The position numbers and the translations under genes were made by a program. This document shows, in pieces, positions 40,643 to 50,422 of a stretch of DNA of 64,000 bases. This stretch comes from Candidatus Latescibacterota bacterium. Its GTDB lineage: Bacteria > Latescibacterota > UBA2968 > GCA-2709665. The stretch covers positions 1,184,001 through 1,248,000 of the forward strand of contig CBDDDZ010000005.1 of NCBI GenBank assembly GCA_965226795.1. The letters run 5' to 3'. The notes beneath the pieces were generated by a model. The model made no database searches. It was not told where the DNA came from and saw only the letters and a program-made list of their open reading frames with translations. Within the stretch, counting starts at the first letter, position 1, and the number at the start of each line of letters is the position of its first letter.

Positions 40643-41488
40643 ATGGACGAAATATTGAGGCTGCCCGCGCACTATTACCGTCAACACGATGCGGTTCCGG
40701 GTGCGGATATTCCGGGACGCGGTTATGCCGGTTGGACAACGCGGATGCTGGACGTGCCGCTCGAACGAACGGCGCTGGTCAGCATGCACGCGTGGAATCC
40801 CGGTCTGGTAAACGAAATCCCACCCGGGCCGGGGTCGCCTTACGACGGCTGGTTCCGCATGGTGGAGTATCTCCCGAGGGCGATGAGGATTTCACGGGAG
40901 GTGTTTCCGCCGCTTCTTCGGGCTGCGAGGAAGGCCGGACTGCCTGTGATTCACGTCGCTTCGAGCGAAAGTTATACGGCGTCATACGACGAATACCAGC
41001 GCATCAAGACGATGGCCGGGCAGGAGCCGAATGCGGCGCCAGGCGCGGTGGACGACGCGTTGAAGAAACAGTGGCAGGCGGATCGGGGCAGGCAGATGAC
41101 CGGCGCGCACAATCAGCCGGATATCGCGGCCGGGTTCAAGCACATCGATTTTGCGCCGCAGGCGATTCCGGAAGCCGACGAGGCCGTGGTGATCAACTTC
41201 CACCAGCTCAACGCGTTCTGCCGGGAGCGGGAAATCTGGCACCTGATCTATATCGGGTTCGCCATCAACTGGTGCCTTTTTGCCAGTCCGGGAGGCATGA
41301 TCGATATGGGACGGATGGGGTACGTGTGTTCCACCATCCGGCAGGCGACGACGGCGGTGGAAAACCGGGAGAGCTGCACGGATGAACTGGCCAAGGAAAT
41401 TGCGCTTTGGCGGGTGGCATTGATGTTCGGTTACGTGTTTGACGTGGATCCGGTGATAGACGCCCTCGGTCAATTGTCGGATGGATAG
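40643..41488 (+). CDS. Isochorismatase/cysteine-hydrolase-like protein
   Basis: ERTALVSMH, ARKAGLPVIHV, LIYIGFAINWC; AAGGAGG RBS. Confidence 0.7.
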   Translation: MDEILRLPAHYYRQHDAVPGADIPGRGYAGWTTRMLDVPLERTALVSMHAWNPGLVNEIPPGPGSPYDGWFRMVEYLPRAMRISREVFPPLLRAARKAGLPVIHVASSESYTASYDEYQRIKTMAGQEPNAAPGAVDDALKKQWQADRGRQMTGAHNQPDIAAGFKHIDFAPQAIPEADEAVVINFHQLNAFCREREIWHLIYIGFAINWCLFASPGGMIDMGRMGYVCSTIRQATTAVENRESCTDELAKEIALWRVALMFGYVFDVDPVIDALGQLSDG

Positions 41489-41525
41489 TTGTGAGTGCGT
41501 GGATCGAAACCGGGTGCCACGCGTT

Positions 41526-41714
41526 TTAAATGGCCGCATTCAGGACGATGCCCCCGATTTCCACGTTGCCAGTCAGTATCGGCTCGAACGGATCGGAAAC
41601 ATCGTACTGATGCAATTCACCCGGGCCCCAGCCGGAAACGTACTGAAACCCATCGCCCAGCGAGAGGTCGATATCGGCGACCATGGGCGGTACGGCTTCG
41701 AACGCCTTCAGCAC
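41526..41714 (-). pseudogene. Internal fragment of a selenium-binding protein (SBP56 / methanethiol oxidase family)
   Basis: LKAFEAVPPMVADIDLSLGDGFQYVSGWGPGELHQYDVSDPFEPILTGNVEIGGIV resembles SBP56 AVPPLxTDIxLSLDDRFLYVSCWGxGEL.QYDVSDP; rest of the gene absent. Confidence 0.75.
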
Positions 41715-41719
41715 CGTCG

Positions 41720-43753
41720 TCAGAGTTTGTGGTAGTCGATGGAACGTGACTCGGATAAGACGAGATTCCCGCGAACCTCGAGCAGGGAACCGGCGGCGAC
41801 CAGGCCGGCGGCGATTTCATCGCCCACGGTCCGGACGTGCGCGAACTCGGCATCCGTCTGAATGCCGCCGAAATCGAACGTACTGTCTGGCCCTGCGGTC
41901 AGGATGGTGTCGGTCACCTTGCCCTGGCGAATGCGAATGGCGCAGCCCGCGGCGTTTCCGCTGGCTTCGATCTCCGGCCGAGGCGCGTCCTTGTGGTAGG
42001 GGACGAGCGCCACAATGCAGAACAGCGGGCTCCAGAACCAGTCGTAGCGCAACCGGGGATGGTCGAGGAAAATTTCTTCGCGCCAGCGGCCTGGCCACGG
42101 GGTCGCGATCTGTACATCGCACCGGTTTTCACGCCTGCCGCCGACGATGGAGATCCGATCCCGACCGCACTCCAGGCGATTGCCGGCGGCGGTGTGCAAC
42201 AGCCAGGACAGCATCGGACGGTCGTGCATCTCAAAGTCCAGACGATCGACGATGATCGCGGAGGCGGGCGCGCCGCGCGCATCCGGCAGGCAAAGCGCCC
42301 GTCGGACGAACCGCTGTGCGCATGCGTAACTGTCGCCCGCTTCGGCCTCGATATAGGGGAAGGACCCCCGGATGTCCGCACGAAGGATGCCGTCGTTTCG
42401 CGTGGGGCCGCGACGTTGCATTTCGCCCATCACCAGAGGCAGGTTGTGGGCTTCACCCAGCGCGCCCATGCGAAGGACTTCGGTCGTGTCCGGAAGCCTC
42501 TCGAGGGCGTAACCGGAATCGCAGGCAAAGCTCTCTCCGAGAGCGTGCAGCGCGAAGTGGTTACGATCGGCCTGCCGGTGGCCGCCCGCGGGGAAAACGT
42601 CGCATAGAATTGAAAGAAAAAAATCGCCGGACTTCCATCCGGAGCGGACGTCCACCAGGCCCCGGTTGTGAAAGTGTCTGACACCCTGCAGGTCCAGGTT
42701 GTCCGGCGAGACGGATTCCACAGACGAATCGAAGTACAGCAGATAACGGGTGACCGTGTCGCCCCAGGCTTCGTCCGGAGCCTGCCAGAATTCACCTTGG
42801 GCCGGCGGTTTATCGATACTCTGCCAGAGCCATTGGGCGAGGCCGTTCTTCTGTTGAGAAGCCAACAGTGAAAGCCATTCGATGTGAAACTGGTCACCGC
42901 AGTCGTTGAGCGGATTCGGCCTGCCCGTGGCGGGTACGAGTTCATACACCAGACCCTCCGCGATGCGTTCCCATCCGGCGTGGTCTGTGAGTTCCCGATC
43001 TCCGCAGACGGCCAGCGCCAGGGCGAACGGGGCGAGGTAATGCAGCGTGGCGCCGCCGTAAGCCGGTCCTTCGTAAAAGGCGCCGTCGCCGTCGTGACCC
43101 TTTTCGAGAAAGAGCAGGCACCGCCTCCGGGCTAGGGCCAGGCCCCTGTTGAATCGGGACTCGTCCAATACGCCGTAGTTGTGCAGCACCAAACTGAGCA
43201 GGCCGAGGCCGATTAACCCGATGGCGGCCATATTCCAGTCGGGGCGAGTCTCCTCGGGATCCGGCGGATTCTCCAGCGTGTAGTCGATAAACGGCAGGCA
43301 ATAGGTACCGATTTCCAGACGTTCCGCATCCGACAACTCGTTCCGGAGCAGGTCCAGACCGATGGCCAGCATCGTGGAACTGGCGCCGGCGTCCAGGCAA
43401 TTGTCCCGCCAGGTCCGGTACGGGCGACCATAGTTCGTACCGCCGCAGTTTTCCACGATTCGATAATTCACGATTGTCCGGAGGATGTTGCGGGCTTCCG
43501 CCGCGTACCTGCCGTCAAGGAGAATGCCGCCGACGGCAAGGGTTTCGATCGCCTTGGGAAGCAGGCGGCCGCCCTGCCGGGTGAACCAGAAGCCCGCGCT
43601 GCGTTCGGTATAGTCTATATATGCCGGCGATTCGGGGTTGAGATGGTCTTCGCAGGCCTGGCGCAGGTTTCGTTTCAACGAGCCTGTAATCGGGTTGGGG
43701 TCAACCCTGCGATTTTCGAGAATGTGGCGAAAGAGAGATTCCGGGATCGTCAT
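41720..43753 (-). CDS. Heparinase II/III-like polysaccharide lyase family protein
   Basis: DGAFYEGPAY, NDCG, RSGW, GGHRQADRNHFALHA, DSGY, AHN. Confidence 0.75.
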   Translation of the reverse strand: MTIPESLFRHILENRRVDPNPITGSLKRNLRQACEDHLNPESPAYIDYTERSAGFWFTRQGGRLLPKAIETLAVGGILLDGRYAAEARNILRTIVNYRIVENCGGTNYGRPYRTWRDNCLDAGASSTMLAIGLDLLRNELSDAERLEIGTYCLPFIDYTLENPPDPEETRPDWNMAAIGLIGLGLLSLVLHNYGVLDESRFNRGLALARRRCLLFLEKGHDGDGAFYEGPAYGGATLHYLAPFALALAVCGDRELTDHAGWERIAEGLVYELVPATGRPNPLNDCGDQFHIEWLSLLASQQKNGLAQWLWQSIDKPPAQGEFWQAPDEAWGDTVTRYLLYFDSSVESVSPDNLDLQGVRHFHNRGLVDVRSGWKSGDFFLSILCDVFPAGGHRQADRNHFALHALGESFACDSGYALERLPDTTEVLRMGALGEAHNLPLVMGEMQRRGPTRNDGILRADIRGSFPYIEAEAGDSYACAQRFVRRALCLPDARGAPASAIIVDRLDFEMHDRPMLSWLLHTAAGNRLECGRDRISIVGGRRENRCDVQIATPWPGRWREEIFLDHPRLRYDWFWSPLFCIVALVPYHKDAPRPEIEASGNAAGCAIRIRQGKVTDTILTAGPDSTFDFGGIQTDAEFAHVRTVGDEIAAGLVAAGSLLEVRGNLVLSESRSIDYHKL

Positions 43754-43867
43754 TGGTGAATTCGTCCAGAGTCTGGATCGCCGCGCTTCCGACCTCCCGG
43801 TTCGGAGCGTTGCCGATCCGATGTGAATTCGTTCGGATATTTTTCGGGATGGCCGGCTGACGCGGGA

Positions 43868-44632
43868 TCAGGTCCCGTCCACGTCCGGCGGCATGAAGAT
43901 TTCCCGCCGCCTGCCGTCGCTGTATCCTTCCACGTCTGAAAGCACCACGCCGGGGCTGACAAGCGCCGCCCTGACGATCTGGCGGTTGAAGGTATGAACG
44001 TAGTCTGACGTCAGGTATTCCTGAACGGGCATCCAGAGACACTCTTCGATTTCTTCGGGTTGAGGGATGATTTCACGTGTGAGGGGTCTAAGGCGGCATA
44101 CAAAGTAAATGTCTGATTTGTCGTGGCGGTAGCCGTGCCAGTGGCGGAAACACACCATCGCTTCGAACGAAGTATGGACTCCCGTTTCTTCCCCGATTTC
44201 CCGGACGACGGCCTCGGCCAGATGTTCGCCGGAGTGCAGTGCGCCGCCCGGCAGCTTGTAGTAAGGCGTTCTGCTTCCGCGGTGTTTTTCGCAGACAACC
44301 AGGATCTCATCGCTTTCGCTGATCACCACCCCTCCCGCGCCAATATAGTGGGTGGCATAGCCCGGGATGAACGCGTCTTTGACCAGAGGGCGGGTGAGCA
44401 TCAGATAGGTCTCGCCGCTGTGGTGAAATGAGAAACCCGTCTGCACCGCGACGGGAATGAATTCCGATTTTCCGATGGGCACTTCCAGCCACACAAGCTG
44501 AAAGCCTCCTCTTTTCCAGATCTTCAGGGACTGCGAGAGCTGTTCGCTGAAAGTCCGCACGTCCAAGGGAAGGCTTTCGGGGCTGATGACAATGCCGTTG
44601 AAGGGATTCGTGGTGTGTTCGAGGACTTCCAT
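43868..44632 (-). CDS. Nudix hydrolase (NUDT6-like, with N-terminal extension)
   Basis: GFSFHH, PGYATHYIGAGG, Nudix box GG.....E...EAVVREIGEETG. Confidence 0.9.
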   Translation of the reverse strand: MEVLEHTTNPFNGIVISPESLPLDVRTFSEQLSQSLKIWKRGGFQLVWLEVPIGKSEFIPVAVQTGFSFHHSGETYLMLTRPLVKDAFIPGYATHYIGAGGVVISESDEILVVCEKHRGSRTPYYKLPGGALHSGEHLAEAVVREIGEETGVHTSFEAMVCFRHWHGYRHDKSDIYFVCRLRPLTREIIPQPEEIEECLWMPVQEYLTSDYVHTFNRQIVRAALVSPGVVLSDVEGYSDGRRREIFMPPDVDGT

Positions 44633-44751
44633 TGGGGATCCCCCGGATCCTGGTTGACCTGGTTGTTGATGAAATGAATGTAAACAGCCCGGGGCCGCTT
44701 TACAAGTGGTTTTGATGCGGAGAGGTTTTGGCTTGACAGGGTTAAAGCCGG

Positions 44752-44922
44752 GGTTGATATTAAAATTCTGTCTTAAGACCCCGAGCGGTCTGCGCGCGGC
44801 TGTAAAGGCGTTGGTCTGCGTTTGTCTACCCCATCCGTATCTTTGGATACGGGTGGGGCGGTCGCCTGGACCGACACCATTTCGCGCTTGCTCGGGAACG
44901 CACCGGGAATTTTAAATCAGCT
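44752..44922 (+). ncRNA. Candidate rod-shaped structured RNA (or MITE)
   Basis: Five nested stems with several G-U pairs on the + strand; intergenic; no family recognised. Confidence 0.35.
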
Positions 44923-45022
44923 ACCGAGCGAAACGACCGTCGCTTCGGTTTCCCAACCTGTAATTGTGGTCTCCCTGTTTTGAGTTGAATGACGTGCCGG
45001 ATCAGAGTTCAGGAGGTTGTGG

Positions 45023-46222
45023 ATGACGAGTATTTATGAGCGCCTGGGTGTTCGTACCATAGTCAATGCGTCCGGGCCGTCAACCCGGTTGAGCGGCTCA
45101 ATCCTGCCGGCGGAGGTGGCACAGGCCATGGTCGAAGCCTCCCGCCATTGTGTGGATATCGCCGAGTTGCAGGCGTGGGCGGGCGGGGCCATTGCCGATA
45201 TTACGGGCGCCGAGGCCGGATACGTCACGTCGGGTGCGGCGGCCGGAATCATGCTGGGCGTCGCGGCGTGCGTGACAGGGATCGACCCCGGCAGAATGAA
45301 CCGGCTGCCGGATACGGAAGGGATGAAGGACGAGGTGATAATACCGCGAAGCCACCGGAATTTTTATGACCACGCCATACGGGCGGTGGGCGTGAAGCTC
45401 GTCGAGGTGGGGATTTCCGACCGGTTCAGCGGAGCCGGGGTCCGGGATACCGAGGCCTGGGAGATTGCCGACGCGATTACGGATCGGACCGCGGCGGTCG
45501 CGTATGTAATGAATGCGCGGGCCCGTCCGCGTCTCGAGGATGTCGTGGAAGTGGCCCACCAGCATGGGGTGCCGGTGGTGGTGGACGCCGCCGGACAGCT
45601 TCCGCCCCAGTCGAACCTGCAACGCTTTATCGAGACCGGCGTGGACGTGGTGTGTTTCAGCGGTGGGAAAGCCATTCGCGGGCCGCAGAGTTCGGGGATT
45701 CTTTGCGGTCGGAGAGATCTGGTATCGGCCGTTGCCCTGCAGCACCTGGATCAGGATGTGTTTCACGATCTTTGGAATCCGCCGCCTTCGCTGATCGATA
45801 AGGATCGTTTGCCGGGCGCGCCGCAGCACGGACTCGGCAGACCCTGCAAGGTGGGCAAGGAAGAGATCGTGGGTCTGATAACCGCGCTCAGGTTGTTTGT
45901 TGCCGAGGGGGACCAGGCGCGCCACGCCCGGTGGACGGAAGCGATTCAGAACCTGGCCGAAGTCCTTGAACCATTGCCGAATGTTCGCTTATCAACCAGC
46001 ATCGACCCCGGCAGGCCCATACCCGGTCTGAGGCTTCAGATCGACGAGGCGGCTGCAGGCATAACAGGGCTGGAACTGGCGCGGCGCCTCATCGAGGGGG
46101 AGCCGAGTATCCACTGCAATACGGCCGACGTGTACGAGGGCGTGCTGGGCTTCGGACCCATGTGCCTGCTGGAAGGGGACGTGGAGGCGATCGGAAAAAG
46201 ATTGGGAGAACTGTTGGCTTGA
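45023..46222 (+). CDS. SelA-like / DgaE-family PLP-dependent enzyme
   Basis: LGVRTIVNASG, VTSGAAAG, VDAA, FSGGKAIRGPQSSG, GRPCKVGKEEI; AGGAGG RBS. Confidence 0.88.
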   Translation: MTSIYERLGVRTIVNASGPSTRLSGSILPAEVAQAMVEASRHCVDIAELQAWAGGAIADITGAEAGYVTSGAAAGIMLGVAACVTGIDPGRMNRLPDTEGMKDEVIIPRSHRNFYDHAIRAVGVKLVEVGISDRFSGAGVRDTEAWEIADAITDRTAAVAYVMNARARPRLEDVVEVAHQHGVPVVVDAAGQLPPQSNLQRFIETGVDVVCFSGGKAIRGPQSSGILCGRRDLVSAVALQHLDQDVFHDLWNPPPSLIDKDRLPGAPQHGLGRPCKVGKEEIVGLITALRLFVAEGDQARHARWTEAIQNLAEVLEPLPNVRLSTSIDPGRPIPGLRLQIDEAAAGITGLELARRLIEGEPSIHCNTADVYEGVLGFGPMCLLEGDVEAIGKRLGELLA

Positions 46223-46370
46223 GAGGTTAGAAGACGAACCGGTGAAACAGGTGCAGAATCAACGCTGCGACCCTGGAACGAAAGAGGAGGAATCTCGTGG
46301 AGGTATACCAGCTGGTTCGGATTTGGCGGGAAGCGCAAGCCGGGACAGGCCCGAATCCGGAGACTCGGCC

Positions 46371-47717
46371 ATGAACGTGGATTGGGATAGAGCGGGTCGG
46401 GAGGCGGTGGACTGGCTTTGCAGGCTGCTTCGATTCGACACCACCAATCCCCCGGGGAACGAATTGCCCCTGGTGCGGGACATTGCCGGGGCGCTGGCCG
46501 GTGAGGGGCTCTCACCCCGAATCCTGGAATCGGCGCCCGGACGCGGGAATCTGGTCGTGCGTCTCGAGGGCGATGGATCCGAACGCCCGGTGCTCCTTCT
46601 TTCCCACGTGGACGTGGTTCCCGCGGAGCCGGAGAAATGGACGCACGACCCATTCGGCGGCGAGGCGGCCGCGGGGTATGTCTGGGGCCGCGGGGCGATC
46701 GATTCCAAGCTGACCACGGCCGTTGGGCTGCAGGTATTGTTGATGTGCAAACGCCTGGATCTGCCGCTGACGCGCGACCTGGTTCTGGTGGCTGCCGCAG
46801 ACGAGGAACTCGGGGGGGTGCACGGGGCCCGGTGGCTTGCGGCCAACCACCCCGAGGTATTCGACGCCGAATACGGCATCAATGAGGGCGGCGGTTTTGC
46901 ACTGCTGATCGACGGGCGACCGGTGTATACGTGCCAGGTGGCCGAAAAAGGAAGCGCCGAGTTGAATCTGGTCGGGCGCGGGCAACCGGGACACAGTTCC
47001 GTGCCCCACAACGACAATGCGGTTTTTCATCTGGCCGGGGCCCTGGAGAGATTGAGCGACGTGAAGATGCCTCACCGGGTTACGACCGGGATCCGGGCAT
47101 TTTTCGAGGGTGCCGCGGCTGCACAGGCCAGAGACGAGGTGGCGGACCTGCTCCTGGGGGTGCTGGATCCGGAGCGCTGCGCTGCCGCTCTGTCCGCTTT
47201 GCCGGTTGACGAGCCGACCCGTCTGATGTTCGATGCGATGGTGCGCAATACGTGTGCGCCGACCATTCTTGAGGCCGGCGTGAAGCGTAACGTGATCCCT
47301 TCCGAAGCCGTGGCGCGGCTGAGCGGCAGGCCGTTGCCGGGGGCCGATGAAACGGGGTTCGTCCGGGAAGTTCGTGCCCTCGCGGGCGAGGGCGTCGCGC
47401 TCGAGATGGAAAGCGCCTTCAGGCCTGGCACGGAGTTCGACCATCAGACGCACCTGTTGGACGCGATCCAGGCTTCGATCGGCCGATTCGATCCCGAAGG
47501 GGTCGTGGTCCCTTATATGCAGACGGGCGGTACGGACGCGCGGTTTTTGCGGGATCGCGAAATTCACGTATATGGATTCATTCCGATGCGGCACGAAGAA
47601 GGTGAGGCATATTTCGAGTTGTGCCATGGCCACGACGAACGGGTGTCCGTCGCGAACGTGCGGTTCGGGGTGCAGGTGCTATTCGATGTCGTGTGCCGGT
47701 TAAACGGTATTGTGTAG
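46371..47717 (+). CDS. M20/M25/M40 family metallopeptidase
   Basis: LLSHVDVVP, WGRGAIDSK, ADEELGG, NEGG, GHSS, GGTD, HGHDER. Confidence 0.92.
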   Translation: MNVDWDRAGREAVDWLCRLLRFDTTNPPGNELPLVRDIAGALAGEGLSPRILESAPGRGNLVVRLEGDGSERPVLLLSHVDVVPAEPEKWTHDPFGGEAAAGYVWGRGAIDSKLTTAVGLQVLLMCKRLDLPLTRDLVLVAAADEELGGVHGARWLAANHPEVFDAEYGINEGGGFALLIDGRPVYTCQVAEKGSAELNLVGRGQPGHSSVPHNDNAVFHLAGALERLSDVKMPHRVTTGIRAFFEGAAAAQARDEVADLLLGVLDPERCAAALSALPVDEPTRLMFDAMVRNTCAPTILEAGVKRNVIPSEAVARLSGRPLPGADETGFVREVRALAGEGVALEMESAFRPGTEFDHQTHLLDAIQASIGRFDPEGVVVPYMQTGGTDARFLRDREIHVYGFIPMRHEEGEAYFELCHGHDERVSVANVRFGVQVLFDVVCRLNGIV

Positions 47718-47741
47718 CGAACTGGCGATCGCGCACCACGT

Positions 47742-48638
47742 CTAGAGGTCCAATACGTGCTGAAGCGCGCCGCCCAGTTCGGGGTGTTGAAAGTTATATC
47801 CCGTTCCCTGCAGCCGGGCGGGCATAACGCGGGTGCTCGACAGAAGCAGTGCATCCGCCATTTCCCCGAAAGCCAGCCGGGCGGCGAAAGCCGGCATGGG
47901 GAGGAGCGTTGGGCGGGAGAGGGCGCCCCCCAGTGACTTGGTGAATTCCCGGTTTGTAACCGGCACCGGCGACACGGCATTGACAGGTCCCTGGAGCGTC
48001 TCCGTGTTGAGCGCGTGGCTGATGATTCCTGCCAGATCACTCAAAGAGATCCAGCTCATATACTGATCGCCGCTGCCTATCACGCCGCCAACGCCCAATT
48101 TAAACGGGAATAGCATTTTGGCCAGCGCGCCCCCGTCGGCGCTGAGTACGATTCCGATACGCAGGTACACCGTACGAACGCCAGCGTCCCCTGCCGGCCG
48201 CGCGGCATTCTCCCAGGCGATGCAGGTCTCCGCCAGGAAATCGGCTCCAGGCGGACTTTCCTCGTTGAGGATTTCCTCGCCGCGGTTGCCGTAGTATCCG
48301 ATGGCCGAAGCGGAAATCAGAACGCCGGGAGGCGTCTGCAGCTCCGCAAGACCTCGCGCCAGAAGCCGTGTGCCATCTACGCGACTGGTGCGGATTCTGT
48401 TTTTCTTTGCTTCGTTCCACCTGCCGGAGGCGATATTCTCGCCGGCCAGGTGCACGACGGCCTGGATTCCTTCCAGGTCGGCGGCAGCAAGTTCTCCCGT
48501 TTCAGGATCCCACCGTCGTTCCAGGTCGCTTTTCGGGCTCGTGCGAACGAGCCTCAAGACCCGGTGGCCGCTGGCTTCGAAATGCGGAATGAGGATCGAA
48601 CCGACGAGCCCGGATGAACCCGTTACGAGTACATTCAT
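47742..48638 (-). CDS. TIGR01777 (YfcH) family NAD-dependent epimerase
   Basis: VTGSSGLVG, HLAGE, SRVDGT, SASAIGYYG, LRIGIVL, SWI. Confidence 0.92.
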   Translation of the reverse strand: MNVLVTGSSGLVGSILIPHFEASGHRVLRLVRTSPKSDLERRWDPETGELAAADLEGIQAVVHLAGENIASGRWNEAKKNRIRTSRVDGTRLLARGLAELQTPPGVLISASAIGYYGNRGEEILNEESPPGADFLAETCIAWENAARPAGDAGVRTVYLRIGIVLSADGGALAKMLFPFKLGVGGVIGSGDQYMSWISLSDLAGIISHALNTETLQGPVNAVSPVPVTNREFTKSLGGALSRPTLLPMPAFAARLAFGEMADALLLSSTRVMPARLQGTGYNFQHPELGGALQHVLDL

Positions 48639-48656
48639 GGGATGCCTCCTTGTCTG

Positions 48657-49070
48657 TTACAGCCCGTAGAGCATCAGGTAGATGATAACGCCGCTGACGC
48701 ACACGAACATCCAGACCGGCCACACCCAGCGGGCGAGGCGTCTGTGGATCCGGAACTTCCCGCGCAGGGCAAGCCACACAACCGCCAGGACGAAGGGCGC
48801 ATTCAGGGCGGCCAGGACGACGTGCGGGATCAGGATGGCGAAATAGACGTTGCGTGTCCAGTCGTGGTGAGGGTAGGGCACCGACCCGATCCGCATGTGA
48901 TAGACGAGATACGATGTCAGAAACAGGGCCGAGAAGGCGAGGGCGAAAAGCATCATTCGCCTGTGTTGCCGGATGTTGCCGCGCCTGATTTGCAGATAGC
49001 CCAGCAGGAGAAAGCAGGCGCTGATCGAATTGAATATTGCATTGAGGGCTGGCAGGTCGCTTACGGCCAT
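48657..49070 (-). CDS. DUF420 family membrane protein
   Basis: LPALNAIFN, HRRMM, FLTSYLVYH, HRRLARWVWPVW. Confidence 0.88.
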   Translation of the reverse strand: MAVSDLPALNAIFNSISACFLLLGYLQIRRGNIRQHRRMMLFALAFSALFLTSYLVYHMRIGSVPYPHHDWTRNVYFAILIPHVVLAALNAPFVLAVVWLALRGKFRIHRRLARWVWPVWMFVCVSGVIIYLMLYGL

Positions 49071-49378
49071 CCGAACCTCATTTGACGTGGATCGGGCTCC
49101 GAACCTAAGTGTACTCATTTTTTAGATTAATGGCAACCGCATGAGCGCCTGCAGTCGGGAAGCCGGCGGGTGTGGCTCTGCGGCGTGCTGGCGGCGTAGT
49201 TTCGGGGACTGCACCGCGCCTTTACCGATGAAATACGGGAATCGCGAGAGGCGAACCCCTGTATTCGATGAATTGAAAAAAGTATGACTCGAGTCCGCCG
49301 GCGAGGTTCTTGATCGACAGGAAAGGGGTTGCAGCGGAACGCGGTTATGTTCGGTGAGGCACGGATCGTCTTTAACGG

Positions 49379-49407
49379 TTGACACAGGGTCGGATTTCGG
49401 TTATTTT
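49379..49407 (+). promoter_or_regulatory. Sigma70-like promoter
   Basis: TTGACA-17 bp-TATTTT upstream of the small ORF at 49457. Confidence 0.55.
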
Positions 49408-49456
49408 GATTTCTTTTGAATACGTTTAAGCCTTTTTAAAACAGGAGGATAGCGGA

Positions 49457-49660
49457 ATGTCTGCTACGGGTGGCCTGTGGATGACTTCCGGGGAGATCGA
49501 GCAGGCCCTGGGGCGCAGAAAGTCCAGAGAGGTATTTGAAGACCTGATATATGACCGGCGTACACGGCCTGAGATCCTGGATCTTCTGATAGAGGCCACA
49601 GGATGCAACGTGTATTCGGCCGAAGACTTCCTTAGAGAGATTGTGAAGACAAAGAAGTAG
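49457..49660 (+). CDS. Small hypothetical protein (67 aa)
   Basis: AGGAGG RBS, upstream promoter, helical protein-like composition. Confidence 0.7.
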   Translation: MSATGGLWMTSGEIEQALGRRKSREVFEDLIYDRRTRPEILDLLIEATGCNVYSAEDFLREIVKTKK

Positions 49661-50353
<693 letters not shown>

Positions 50354-50422
50354 ATCGGGCTGCAGCATCAGTTGAGTCGACGGACTCTTGAGTTACGAGT
50401 GCTGCCGCACGGAGGAGCATGC

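Noticed and set aside
44900..46300. Selenocysteine locus (selA with tRNA-Sec)
   Set aside because: The protein looks SelA-like/DgaE-type rather than true SelA; no tRNA-Sec cloverleaf or selB nearby.
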